Below, in pieces: positions 36,459 to 44,906 of a stretch of DNA of 53,251 bases. The position numbers were made by a program, and so were the translations under genes. Source of the stretch: Minisyncoccia bacterium (GTDB lineage Bacteria > Patescibacteriota > Minisyncoccia > Phycocordibacterales > PALSA-1337). The stretch lies in NCBI GenBank assembly GCA_044234345.1, contig JBIIIW010000002.1, forward strand, positions 1 to 53,251, written 5' to 3'. The notes beneath the pieces are model-generated. The model did not search any database and had not been told where the DNA came from. It saw nothing but the letters and a program-made list of their open reading frames with translations. The stretch's first letter is position 1. The number at the start of each line of letters is the position of its first letter.

Positions 36459-37808
36459 ATGCTTAAAACAAGAATTATTGCTGTATTCATACTTATTATC
36501 ACATTCAGTATTGGATGGTTTACATATTACAAAGGAGAGTTTAAGTTAGGCCTTGATCTAAACGGTGGAACACACCTAGTTTACAAAGCTGATGTAAGTA
36601 AGATATCTGGCTCTGAAGTTAGAGTATCAATGGAAGCACTAAGAGATGTTATCGAGAGAAGGGTTAACGTTTTTGGAGTTGGTGAACCTATAGTTCAGGT
36701 TGAGCAAAGTGGAATCTTGGGTTCAGAAGAAGCTCAGCAAAAACTAATAGTTGAACTACCAGGAGTTACTGATATTGATCAAGCTGTAAAGATGATTGGT
36801 CAAACTCCAGTTCTAGAATTTAGAACAGTAGACAAGAAGGATGCAGAAGCATTGGGAGCTAATACTGATCTAACTGATGAAGAGAAGTCTATTGAACTTG
36901 CTAAGCTATTCAAGCCTACCGCTATCACAGGAAGACTTCTAGAGAAAGCAGTACTTGAGTTCAACTCAACAACAGGAGAACCTTCAGTATCTCTAAACTT
37001 CAATGCAGAAGGTAAGACATTGTTTGCTAAGGTAACAAAGGAGAATGTTGGAAACATCGTAGGAATATTCCTAGATGGCAGTCCAATATCTCTACCAACT
37101 GTTAGAGAAGAGATACGAGATGGAAAGGCAGTTATATCTGGAGCATTTAGTCTAGAAGAGGCAAAGCTTCTTGTTAGAAATCTAAATTACGGAGCACTAC
37201 CGGTTCCAATTGAACTTATCTCAACACAAACAGTAGGTGCATCTCTTGGACAGTCAGCACTTAACGGAGGTATCAGAGCTGGAGTAATTGCGCTCCTTGT
37301 TATAGCTATATTCCTAGTTATCTGGTACAGACTACCAGGATTCATTGCTGTTATATCTCTAGCTGTATATACAATAATTAACTTAGCACTATTTGAACTA
37401 ATCCCTGTAACTCTTACAGCAGCTGGTATCGCTGGATTTATACTCTCAATAGGTATGGCAGTAGATGCTAACATCCTAATATTCGAGAGAATGAAGGAAG
37501 AATTGAGAGCAGGTAAGAGTATAAGTGATGCAATGCATGAAGGTTTTGCAAGAGCATGGCTATCAATACGTGATTCAAACACATCAAGTATTATCACAGG
37601 CCTAATCCTTTACTACTTCGGAAGTACTTCGGTTATAAAGGGATTTGCATTGGTATTCTTGATCGGTGTTGTTGTAAGTATGTTCACAGCAGTTACAGCT
37701 TCACGTATATTCCTATACGCTGTATCTCCAAAGAGAACAAACAGATTCTCAATGTTTTTGATAAGTAACGGTTTTACTAAGACAATTATTAATCCTAACC
37801 TTAAATAA
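36459..37808 (+). CDS. secD: Protein translocase subunit SecD
   Basis: 449 aa. LGLDLNGGTHLVYKAD, a periplasmic domain, then six C-terminal TM helices with GMAVDANILIFERMKEE. Confidence 0.93.
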   Translation: MLKTRIIAVFILIITFSIGWFTYYKGEFKLGLDLNGGTHLVYKADVSKISGSEVRVSMEALRDVIERRVNVFGVGEPIVQVEQSGILGSEEAQQKLIVELPGVTDIDQAVKMIGQTPVLEFRTVDKKDAEALGANTDLTDEEKSIELAKLFKPTAITGRLLEKAVLEFNSTTGEPSVSLNFNAEGKTLFAKVTKENVGNIVGIFLDGSPISLPTVREEIRDGKAVISGAFSLEEAKLLVRNLNYGALPVPIELISTQTVGASLGQSALNGGIRAGVIALLVIAIFLVIWYRLPGFIAVISLAVYTIINLALFELIPVTLTAAGIAGFILSIGMAVDANILIFERMKEELRAGKSISDAMHEGFARAWLSIRDSNTSSIITGLILYYFGSTSVIKGFALVFLIGVVVSMFTAVTASRIFLYAVSPKRTNRFSMFLISNGFTKTIINPNLK

Positions 37809-37812
37809 ATAT

Positions 37813-38712
37813 ATGTTCGTAGTTAAATACAGAAAACTTTTTTACGTACTATCAAGTCTTATCATACTTGCATCAGTATTCGCTTTCGCTAAGTGGGGAC
37901 TAAAGCCAGGAATTGATTTTAAGGGTGGATCAATAGTTGAGATTGAGTATACAGACACTAGACCAGAGCAAGCAGAATTGATTAAAGCTATAGACCCTCT
38001 TGAGTTAAATGCGTCAGTACGCGCAACAGGAGACAAGGGATTTATCATTAGAATGAAGGATTTAAGTAGAGAGGAAAAGATATTGCTGGATCAGACTCTA
38101 TTGAAATCTGGTAAGTTTACTGAGAAGAGATTTGATTCAGTAGGTCCTCTACTAGGAACTGAAGCTCTAAGAAAGTCATTAGTATCTATAGCTCTTGTTA
38201 TCATCGCTATAGTGCTATTCATTGCCTTTGCCTTCAGAAAGGTTAGTGAGCCTATATCTTCATGGAAATACGGCATAATCGCAATTATCGCCCTAGTACA
38301 CGATGTTATAGTGCCAACAGGAGTGTTTGCGGTACTAGGACATTTCAAGGGATATGAAGTAGATACACTGTTTGTAACTGCACTTCTAGTGGTTCTTGGA
38401 TTCTCAGTTCACGATACAATCGTGGTATTCGACAGAGTTCGTGAAAACCTAAATCATGCAAAGGCTAACAAGCCATTTGATGAGATAGTAGGGGAGAGTA
38501 TAAGTCAGACATTTACTAGATCAATAAATACTTCCTTTACAACTCTTCTTGCTCTACTGGTTCTATACTTTGTTGGAGGAGAGACTACTCAGCACTTCTC
38601 ACTAGCATTGATTATAGGTATCATCGCTGGAACATACTCATCAGTATTCCTAGGATCACCATTACTTGTAACAGTTTGGAAGTGGCAGCAGAAAAAGCTA
38701 GGGAAGAAGTAG
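37813..38712 (+). CDS. secF: Protein translocase subunit SecF
   Basis: 299 aa. GIDFKGGS, and a C-terminal TM bundle with HDTIVVFDRVREN. Confidence 0.93.
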   Translation: MFVVKYRKLFYVLSSLIILASVFAFAKWGLKPGIDFKGGSIVEIEYTDTRPEQAELIKAIDPLELNASVRATGDKGFIIRMKDLSREEKILLDQTLLKSGKFTEKRFDSVGPLLGTEALRKSLVSIALVIIAIVLFIAFAFRKVSEPISSWKYGIIAIIALVHDVIVPTGVFAVLGHFKGYEVDTLFVTALLVVLGFSVHDTIVVFDRVRENLNHAKANKPFDEIVGESISQTFTRSINTSFTTLLALLVLYFVGGETTQHFSLALIIGIIAGTYSSVFLGSPLLVTVWKWQQKKLGKK

Positions 38713-38736
38713 GGTATAAATTTAGTTAATTTATAA

Positions 38737-38768
38737 AGAAAAATACAGGCCGAAAAGCCTGTTTTTCT
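38737..38768 (+). terminator. Rho-independent terminator
   Basis: AAAAATACAGGC-CGAAAA-GCCTGTTTTTC. Confidence 0.8.
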
Positions 38769-38843
38769 TATGTCGTTTTTAGAGCCATTTTTCCTCATAA
38801 ATTGACCATTTTTACATATTGTATACAAATACTTGATATTTAC

Positions 38844-38871
38844 TTGACTTTAAATCTACTTCGAGTAGAAT
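38844..38871 (+). promoter_or_regulatory. 16S promoter TTGACT-N16-TAGAAT
   Basis: Strong -35/-10 match, about 240 nt upstream of the 16S 5' end. Confidence 0.55.
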
Positions 38872-39081
38872 ACTCTCTACGCCTTAAGTAAGGCTATTTA
38901 AAAGAGTTTTTCGACAATTTATTAAGTTATGCATTAGAAACGTATTAAAAACACGTGCAAGTCTAATGTCTATATACAACAATGATTTCCTTCAGTTATA
39001 TTCACAACTGATAAGGGCGAAGATCAAACTCAATGCAGCTAAAAATAAGTTCAATATAGTAAATGTAAATTTAAAAGATTT

Positions 39082-39106
39082 CTGTTCTCTATTTTGTTCC
39101 GTTCAT
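39082..39106 (+). other. 5' arm of the 16S precursor processing stem
   Basis: CTGTTCTCTATTTTGTTCCGTTCAT pairs with 40771-40795 over 25 positions, with one mismatch and one G-U. Confidence 0.75.
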
Positions 39107-39107
39107 T

Positions 39108-40607
39108 TTAGTTAAGAGTTTGATCCTAGCTCAGGATGAACGCTGGCGGCGTGGATAAGGCATGCAAGTCAAACGGTGTAGCAATACACAGTGGCAGACG
39201 AGGTAGTAATAAGTAGGTATCAACCTTGAAGTCAGGGATACCTCATCGAAAGATGAGTTAATACTTGATAGTCTCTTCGGAGTAAAGATTTATCGCTTCA
39301 AGATGAGCCTGCTCGGTATCAGCTAGTTGGTGAGGTAAAAGCTCACCAAGGCTATGACGCCTAGGGGACCTGAGAGGGTGACCCCCACCGATGGAACTGA
39401 GACACGGTCCATACACCTACGGGTGGCCGCAGTCGAGAATCTTCCGCAATGGACGAAAGTCTGACGGAGCGACGCCGCGTGAACGATGAAGTCCTTCGGG
39501 ATGTAAAGTTCTTTTGCCAGGGAGAAAGTTTATTGATAGTACTTGGCGAATAAGAGGTTGCTAAACTCGTGCCAGCAGCAGCGGTAATACGAGTGCCTCA
39601 AGCGTTATCCGGAATCATTGGGCGTAAAGGTTGTGTAGGTGGTTATATTAGTCTTTTGTTAAATTCTTCGGCTTAACCGGGGACATGCAAAGGAAACGGT
39701 ATGACTAGAGGATGCGAGGGGTCTGCGGAACTCATAGTGTAGCGGTAAAATGCGTTGATATTATGGGGAACACCAAAAGCGAAGGCAGCAGACTGGAGCA
39801 CTCCTGACACTGAAACAAGAAAGCGTGGGTCGCGAATGGGATTAGATACCCCAGTAGTCCACGCCCTAAACGATCTTCTCTAGTTTTTCGGAGTATCGAC
39901 CCTCTGAGAGACGTAGCTAACGCGTTAAGAGAAGCGCCTGGGTAGTACGACCGCAAGGTTAAAACTCAAAGGAATAGACGGGGACTTGCACAAGCAGTGG
40001 ATCATGTGGTTTAATTCGATGATAAACGAAGAACCTTACCAGGGTTTAATCTAGCTGAAGACAAGAAGAAACTTTTGTCGTCGCAAGACAGTTAGTCAGG
40101 TGATGCATGGCCGTCGTCAGTTCGTGGCTTGAGTTGTTCCCTTCAGTGGGGTAACGAACGCAACCCTCGTTGTCTGTTATATTTGTCAGGCGAGACTGCC
40201 CACGACAAAGCGCATACATCGGTTCAATCCGATTGTGCTCTGTGTCGTGGGAGGAAGGTGAGGATGACGCCAGGTCAGCATGTCCCTTATACCCTGGGCT
40301 ACACACGTGATACAATGGATGGTACAACAGGACGCAAAACCGAAAGGTGGAGCAAATCCCTATAAAACCATTCTCAGTCCGGATTGAGGTCTGCAACTCG
40401 ACCTCATGAAGCTGGAATTGCTAGTAATCGCAGGTCAGCTATACTGCGGTGAATACGTTCTCAAGTCTTGTACTCACCGCCCGTCAACTCAAGGGAGTTG
40501 GGAATACCCGAAGTCTGCGCTAGTCGCGGCCTAAGGTAAGCTCAATGACAGGGAGTAAGTCGTAACAAGGCACGGGTAGCGGAAGCTGCTCGTGGATTAT
40601 TTCAATT
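39108..40607 (+). rRNA. rrs: 16S rRNA
   Basis: AGAGTTTGATCCTAGCTCAG at the 5' end, GTGCCAGCAGCAGCGGTAATAC, GGATTAGATACCC, and AAGTCGTAACAAGG with helix 45 at the 3' end. The tail reads GGATTATTTCAATT instead of GGATCACCTCCTTA. Confidence 0.95.
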
Positions 40608-40770
40608 TGAATCTCGATTTTAATCTTTTTAGATTACTATCTGACCGAGTCGATTGTTTACTATAATTTATTATAGGAAAACCAAAAGCATTGCTCTACA
40701 CTTTTATGTGAGCACTCAGTCCGCGAGAGAAAGGACATAGGTCGGTACCCTCTATAGAGGTACTGACCGG

Positions 40771-40795
40771 ATGAACGGAACAAAATAAAGGACAG
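40771..40795 (+). other. 3' arm of the 16S precursor processing stem
   Basis: ATGAACGGAACAAAATAAAGGACAG is complementary to 39082-39106. It lies about 165 nt beyond the 16S 3' end. Confidence 0.75.
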
Positions 40796-40919
40796 TTTGT
40801 TTCAGTAAACATAGAACACCCATAAAGGGTGATTTTGTGTTTGTATTGACAAATAATGTGTTAAGTTATACTTTTAATGTAGTCGCCTTCGTAAAACCCT
40901 TGATGGTTCATTCTTCGGA

Positions 40920-41162
40920 ATGTTGGAGGTAAGAGCTCTCTGTCGTGTTATGAAAACAAGAGCCGATACAGACGAGATAGACAGAATGTTTGATTGTCTT
41001 GCTCCCACACAAAGCGAAATAAGGGAGCGAAGAATCGAACAAGCCTTGGATCGTGCGTGGGACTTTATACGCCACAGTCCAAAGTATATCGCTGCAGTAA
41101 TGTTGGTTCTTGCTGCACTCTACATCCTAGCCGCTATGGCGGGTGTCCTGAACGACGGTTAG
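40920..41162 (+). CDS. Hypothetical tail-anchored small protein, 80 aa, with atypical composition
   Basis: The ORF lies between 16S and tRNA-Ile. It is visibly richer in G+C and CpG codons than its neighbours. TTGACA lies at 40846-40851 upstream and a GC hairpin terminator downstream. Whether it is coding is uncertain. Confidence 0.35.
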   Translation: MLEVRALCRVMKTRADTDEIDRMFDCLAPTQSEIRERRIEQALDRAWDFIRHSPKYIAAVMLVLAALYILAAMAGVLNDG

Positions 41163-41176
41163 TCGTTTAGGGAATT

Positions 41177-41212
41177 AGCCCCCGGATTCGATTCGGGGGC
41201 TTTATCTTTTCT
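41177..41212 (+). terminator. Rho-independent terminator
   Basis: AGCCCCC / GGGGGCT stem with an 11-nt loop and a T-rich tail. Confidence 0.7.
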
Positions 41213-41244
41213 TCATTTCCTGATATATTACTTTTTACACACAT

Positions 41245-41317
41245 GCGCGTGTAGCTCAGTTGGTAGAGCATTCGACTGATACTCGGGGGGTCCCAGGTTC
41301 GAATCCTGGCACGCGCA
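41245..41317 (+). tRNA. tRNA-Ile (anticodon GAU)
   Basis: Hand-folded cloverleaf: acceptor GCGCGTG/CACGCGC, D arm GCTC-AGTTGGTA-GAGC, anticodon loop CTGATAC, T arm CCAGG-TTCGAAT-CCTGG, discriminator A. CCA is not encoded. Confidence 0.9.
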
Positions 41318-41350
41318 CAGAATATTTCATATATGCTACAATTAGCATAT

Positions 41351-42298
41351 ATGAAAACAACACCAAAAGATTTCTTTTTGCACTTAGGAGCAACAGTAAC
41401 TTTGTATACCGTAGTAGGAGCATTGATAAGCCTATCATTCAGTATCATAAACTATTACTTCCCAGACGCTCTGGCTGGATCATTCTATGCTAATTCAGTA
41501 GCATGGCCAATATCACTTCTAGTAGTTTTGGTACCCACACTTTACGTAATTGAATGGTATATCGAAAAGGACATTAAGAAGAACCAAGAGAAGAAGGAGT
41601 TATGGGTAAGACGATGGAGAATATTCGTTACAATGTTTCTAACTGTCGCTTTGATAGTCGGAGATTTGATAACACTAATCAACACATACTTAAACGGAGA
41701 GATTAGTGCAAGATTTGTATACAAGGTATTAGTAATCCTAGTAATTTCAGCATCAGTACTTATGTACTACTTCTTCAGTCTAAACGAAGATATGAAGTGG
41801 TCTAAGTGCTCAAAGAAGACTATACCTTGGTTTGGAATATTAATATCACTAATTGCAATCATAACTGGTTTTGTAATCGTAGGTTCACCAACTAAGCAGA
41901 GAAATATACGATTTGATAACCAAAGAATTGGAGATCTACAGAATATACAATGGCAGGTTGTAGGATACTGGCAGCAGAAGAACAAGTTACCAGGAAATCT
42001 AGATGCACTAATAGATCCAATATCAGGAACAAGTATTCCAAACGATCCAGAGACAAAACTACCATATAAATATACAGTAACTAACAATACTTCATTTAAG
42101 ATTTGTGCAACATTTGCTCTACCAGTACAGAATACAGATGGAAGAGGGGAATACTATGGAAGTAGTAGATATGATATTGCTATGTCATACCCATCATTTG
42201 GTGTAGATGAAAACTGGAAGCATGAAGCAGGAGAGACATGTTTTGATAGGAAGATTGATCCAGAGAAATATCCTCAGATTAAAAGTTACAGAGAATAG
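41351..42298 (+). CDS. Polytopic membrane protein (DUF5671-like N-terminus) with an extracytoplasmic C-terminal domain
   Basis: The start is chosen at MKTTPKDFFLHLGATV, 8 nt after the extended -10 TGCTACAAT (41334-41342). The track start at 41333 is less likely. Confidence 0.65.
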   Translation: MKTTPKDFFLHLGATVTLYTVVGALISLSFSIINYYFPDALAGSFYANSVAWPISLLVVLVPTLYVIEWYIEKDIKKNQEKKELWVRRWRIFVTMFLTVALIVGDLITLINTYLNGEISARFVYKVLVILVISASVLMYYFFSLNEDMKWSKCSKKTIPWFGILISLIAIITGFVIVGSPTKQRNIRFDNQRIGDLQNIQWQVVGYWQQKNKLPGNLDALIDPISGTSIPNDPETKLPYKYTVTNNTSFKICATFALPVQNTDGRGEYYGSSRYDIAMSYPSFGVDENWKHEAGETCFDRKIDPEKYPQIKSYRE

Positions 42299-42343
42299 GT
42301 TCTAAATACGGCACAGGTAGTAGAAGATTCATATAGTGTATTT

Positions 42344-42372
42344 TTGCAATATGCCCTAAGTTAGGGTAATAT
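42344..42372 (+). promoter_or_regulatory. pyk promoter TTGCAA-N17-TAATAT
   Basis: The -10 ends 8 nt before the ATG at 42381. Confidence 0.55.
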
Positions 42373-42380
42373 TGTTAACT

Positions 42381-43751
42381 ATGAATAAATTTAAAAAAGC
42401 AAAGATATTAGCAAAGATTGCTGATAATCGTTCTGAACCAAGTTATCTAAAGTCATTATTCGATGCTGGAGCTGATATTGCTTGGCTAAATACTGCCCAC
42501 CAAGATGAGCCTGCTACTCTTGATGTAATGAACAAGATTAAGGCAATTACTACAGATATCCCTATAATGATCGATACAAAGGGCCCTGAGGTGCGTATAA
42601 AGGACATTACAACCCCTTTTGAGGTTAAGGCTGGAGATTCACTCATCTTCACAGGAGACCTGTCATATACAGGCCCTAACGTCGTTCACGTAACATACCC
42701 TAATTTCCATAATGAGGTGCCAGTTGGAGAGGTAGTGCTATACGATGATGCTTCAATCGAAACTATCGTTGAAGAGAAGCTAGAGAAGGGTATTAGATGT
42801 GTTGTGAAGAACGGTGGACTAATCAAGAACAAGAAGAGTCTAAACATTCCTAATGTACACATTAAGCTTCCAGCATTGTCAGACAAGGACAAGAGTTTCA
42901 TCCACTTCTGTGCAAAGAATGATGTAGACTACATCATCCACTCTTTCGTTAGAACAAAGGAAGATATATTTGAGATAAAGGAAATTACAAAGCAGTATCC
43001 AGCATACACAGGAAAGATACTAGCAAAGATTGAGAACAGAGAAGGATTCGATCATATCGAAGAGATACTAGAGAACTGTGAAGGACTTATGGTTGCTCGT
43101 GGAGATCTAGGTGCAGAGGTTCCTCTAGAAGAACTTCCATACATGCAGAAGAAAATGGTAGAGGCATCTCTACGTCATGGAAAGTACTGTATCGTTGCGA
43201 CACAGGTACTAGAGAGTATGATAAAGAACCCAAGACCAACTCGTGCAGAAGTAACAGATATTGCTAATGCAGTACTAGATGGAACAGATGCAATCTCAAT
43301 GTCAGGAGAAACAGCATACGGAGACTACCCACTAGAAGCTACAAAACTTATGGGTCGTGTAATGGCATATACAGAGAATATGAGAGATAGTCTAATACAC
43401 TTCACTCAACTACCAACAAGTACATCAAAAGAATTTACTGATGCAAAGAAAATTGTAGATATGGCTACAAAGGAAAATGCAAAATCAATATTTATATCTA
43501 CATCTGATATAGCTATCGTCCGTGCAATGGCAGCATACAGACCAACTGCTACAGTATTTGCAGGATGTATAAATGAGAAGGATCAGAGAGAATTGAGACT
43601 AGCATATGCAGTTTTGAGCTTTACAGTTAAGACTACAGATATAAAGGAGCTAGCTCAAAATGCTAAAGATGTGCTTAAGGGAGACGATAAAGTTGTCGTT
43701 GTAGATGCTTCAGGAGCAGTTTCAGTGAAGAAATATGCTGAAATAGCATAG
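42381..43751 (+). CDS. pyk: Pyruvate kinase
   Basis: KILAKIENREG, MVARGDLGAEVP and SGETAYGDYP motifs. The first ATG is at 42381; the track start at 42372 is TTG. Confidence 0.93.
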   Translation: MNKFKKAKILAKIADNRSEPSYLKSLFDAGADIAWLNTAHQDEPATLDVMNKIKAITTDIPIMIDTKGPEVRIKDITTPFEVKAGDSLIFTGDLSYTGPNVVHVTYPNFHNEVPVGEVVLYDDASIETIVEEKLEKGIRCVVKNGGLIKNKKSLNIPNVHIKLPALSDKDKSFIHFCAKNDVDYIIHSFVRTKEDIFEIKEITKQYPAYTGKILAKIENREGFDHIEEILENCEGLMVARGDLGAEVPLEELPYMQKKMVEASLRHGKYCIVATQVLESMIKNPRPTRAEVTDIANAVLDGTDAISMSGETAYGDYPLEATKLMGRVMAYTENMRDSLIHFTQLPTSTSKEFTDAKKIVDMATKENAKSIFISTSDIAIVRAMAAYRPTATVFAGCINEKDQRELRLAYAVLSFTVKTTDIKELAQNAKDVLKGDDKVVVVDASGAVSVKKYAEIA

Positions 43752-43764
43752 TTATCCCCACGAA

Positions 43765-43782
43765 ATAAAATCCGGATAAAAT
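43765..43782 (+). repeat. Partial copy 4 of the palindromic repeat family
   Basis: ATAAAATCCGGATAAAAT is the reverse complement of the 18093-18110 units and resembles the 5' end of copies 1 and 2. Confidence 0.6.
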
Positions 43783-43788
43783 TTTTGT

Positions 43789-43820
43789 AAAATATGCCCT
43801 TGTGGGCATATTTTATTTTC
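43789..43820 (+). terminator. Rho-independent terminator
   Basis: AAAATATGCCC-TTGT-GGGCATATTTT followed by ATTTTC. Confidence 0.8.
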
Positions 43821-43834
43821 TCCATAATTAATAC

Positions 43835-44581
43835 ATGGTAATAAAAAATACAAAACAATACGAAGTAGCAGATACGAACCTGTTTCTAGATAACACAAAT
43901 AGAGAGTATATATTAAAAGTACATGATCTACCAATTGATAGTAGACCAAGAGAGAAGTTGATAAAGAGAGGACCAGAGTCGCTCTCATTACAAGAGCTAT
44001 TAGCAGTAATACTAAACACAGGAACTAAAAGTGAAGGAGTGTTAGAGATGTCATCAAGGATAATTCATGAGTACGGAGAGAAAAGTATAATGTCAGAGAC
44101 AGATGTAAAAGAGCTATCACTAGAGTTAAACATACCAATTGTTAAAGCATGTCAGATAGCTGCATGTGGAGAGATTGGAAGAAGGATATATCAGAAGAAT
44201 GATTATGGATTCTCAGTTATACGAACAGCAAAAGATGCATTTGAGTATCTCAAAGAAATGCATAGTCTTCCCAAAGAGCAGTTAAGAGGTTTGTATCTCA
44301 ACAGTCATAATATGGTAATACATGATGAAGTGATATCTATAGGTACAATAAATACAAATATAGTACATCCGAGAGAAGTGTTTAGACCTGCAATAGAGCA
44401 CAATGCTGTAGCTCTGGTACTTGCCCACAATCATCCTTCTGGGATAGTAACACCAAGTACACAAGACATTGAGATAACAAATCAACTAATTAATGCAGGG
44501 AAGATACTTGGAATACATGTCCTAGATCATGTAGTCATTACTAGAAATACTTATGCAAGTATTAATGCTAAATATAACTAA
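43835..44581 (+). CDS. radC: RadC-like JAB/MPN domain protein
   Basis: 248 aa. PREKLIKRGPESLSLQELLAVIL (HhH part), then LAHNHPSG, the JAMM motif. Confidence 0.88.
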   Translation: MVIKNTKQYEVADTNLFLDNTNREYILKVHDLPIDSRPREKLIKRGPESLSLQELLAVILNTGTKSEGVLEMSSRIIHEYGEKSIMSETDVKELSLELNIPIVKACQIAACGEIGRRIYQKNDYGFSVIRTAKDAFEYLKEMHSLPKEQLRGLYLNSHNMVIHDEVISIGTINTNIVHPREVFRPAIEHNAVALVLAHNHPSGIVTPSTQDIEITNQLINAGKILGIHVLDHVVITRNTYASINAKYN

Positions 44582-44582
44582 T

Positions 44583-44897
44583 ATGAGAACATATACAATC
44601 ACATCACCATACATAGATGGAATACTGTCAGATGATCAAATATACTTTGAGGGAGTTAACAGGCCTGGAGAAATATATACAATTAGAGATTCAGGTACAG
44701 GGTACAATATAGATATTTTAGAGAAATACTTCAATGACCTATATAATCTCTTTCTAAGAAAACTCTCATCATTTGCAATGTTTGAGAATACCGACGATGA
44801 AGAGGTTGTTAAGATGCAAGCGCTATTACAAGAGCTCGTAAAGGTAAAGAAAATGATACAAAATGCATCAGTTGATACAGATGATAATTTAGTATAA
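44583..44897 (+). CDS. Hypothetical protein, 104 aa
   Basis: The ATG at 44583 lies 1 nt after the radC stop. The track start at 44553 overlaps radC. No family recognised. Confidence 0.5.
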   Translation: MRTYTITSPYIDGILSDDQIYFEGVNRPGEIYTIRDSGTGYNIDILEKYFNDLYNLFLRKLSSFAMFENTDDEEVVKMQALLQELVKVKKMIQNASVDTDDNLV

Positions 44898-44906
44898 TGT
44901 GTACTT

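Noticed and set aside
40208-40242. A possible intron in the 16S rRNA.
   Set aside because: It is only a roughly 35-nt extension of a hairpin (CACGACA...TGTCGTG, equivalent to the E. coli helix around 1161-1175). The total 16S length is about 1500 nt. It is an expansion segment, not an intron.
39732-40396. Track ORFs inside the 16S gene (39732-39956, 40046-40396, 40129-40365) and over the tRNA (41167-41448, 41256-41438, 41260-41493).
   Set aside because: They overlap well-supported RNA genes and have no protein-like features.
40924-40928. GGAGG upstream of the second in-frame ATG of the 80-aa ORF, as a possible Shine-Dalgarno site.
   Set aside because: It lies 21 nt from that ATG, which is too far, and inside the ORF if the first ATG is used. 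This organism's 16S also lacks the complementary CCUCC.
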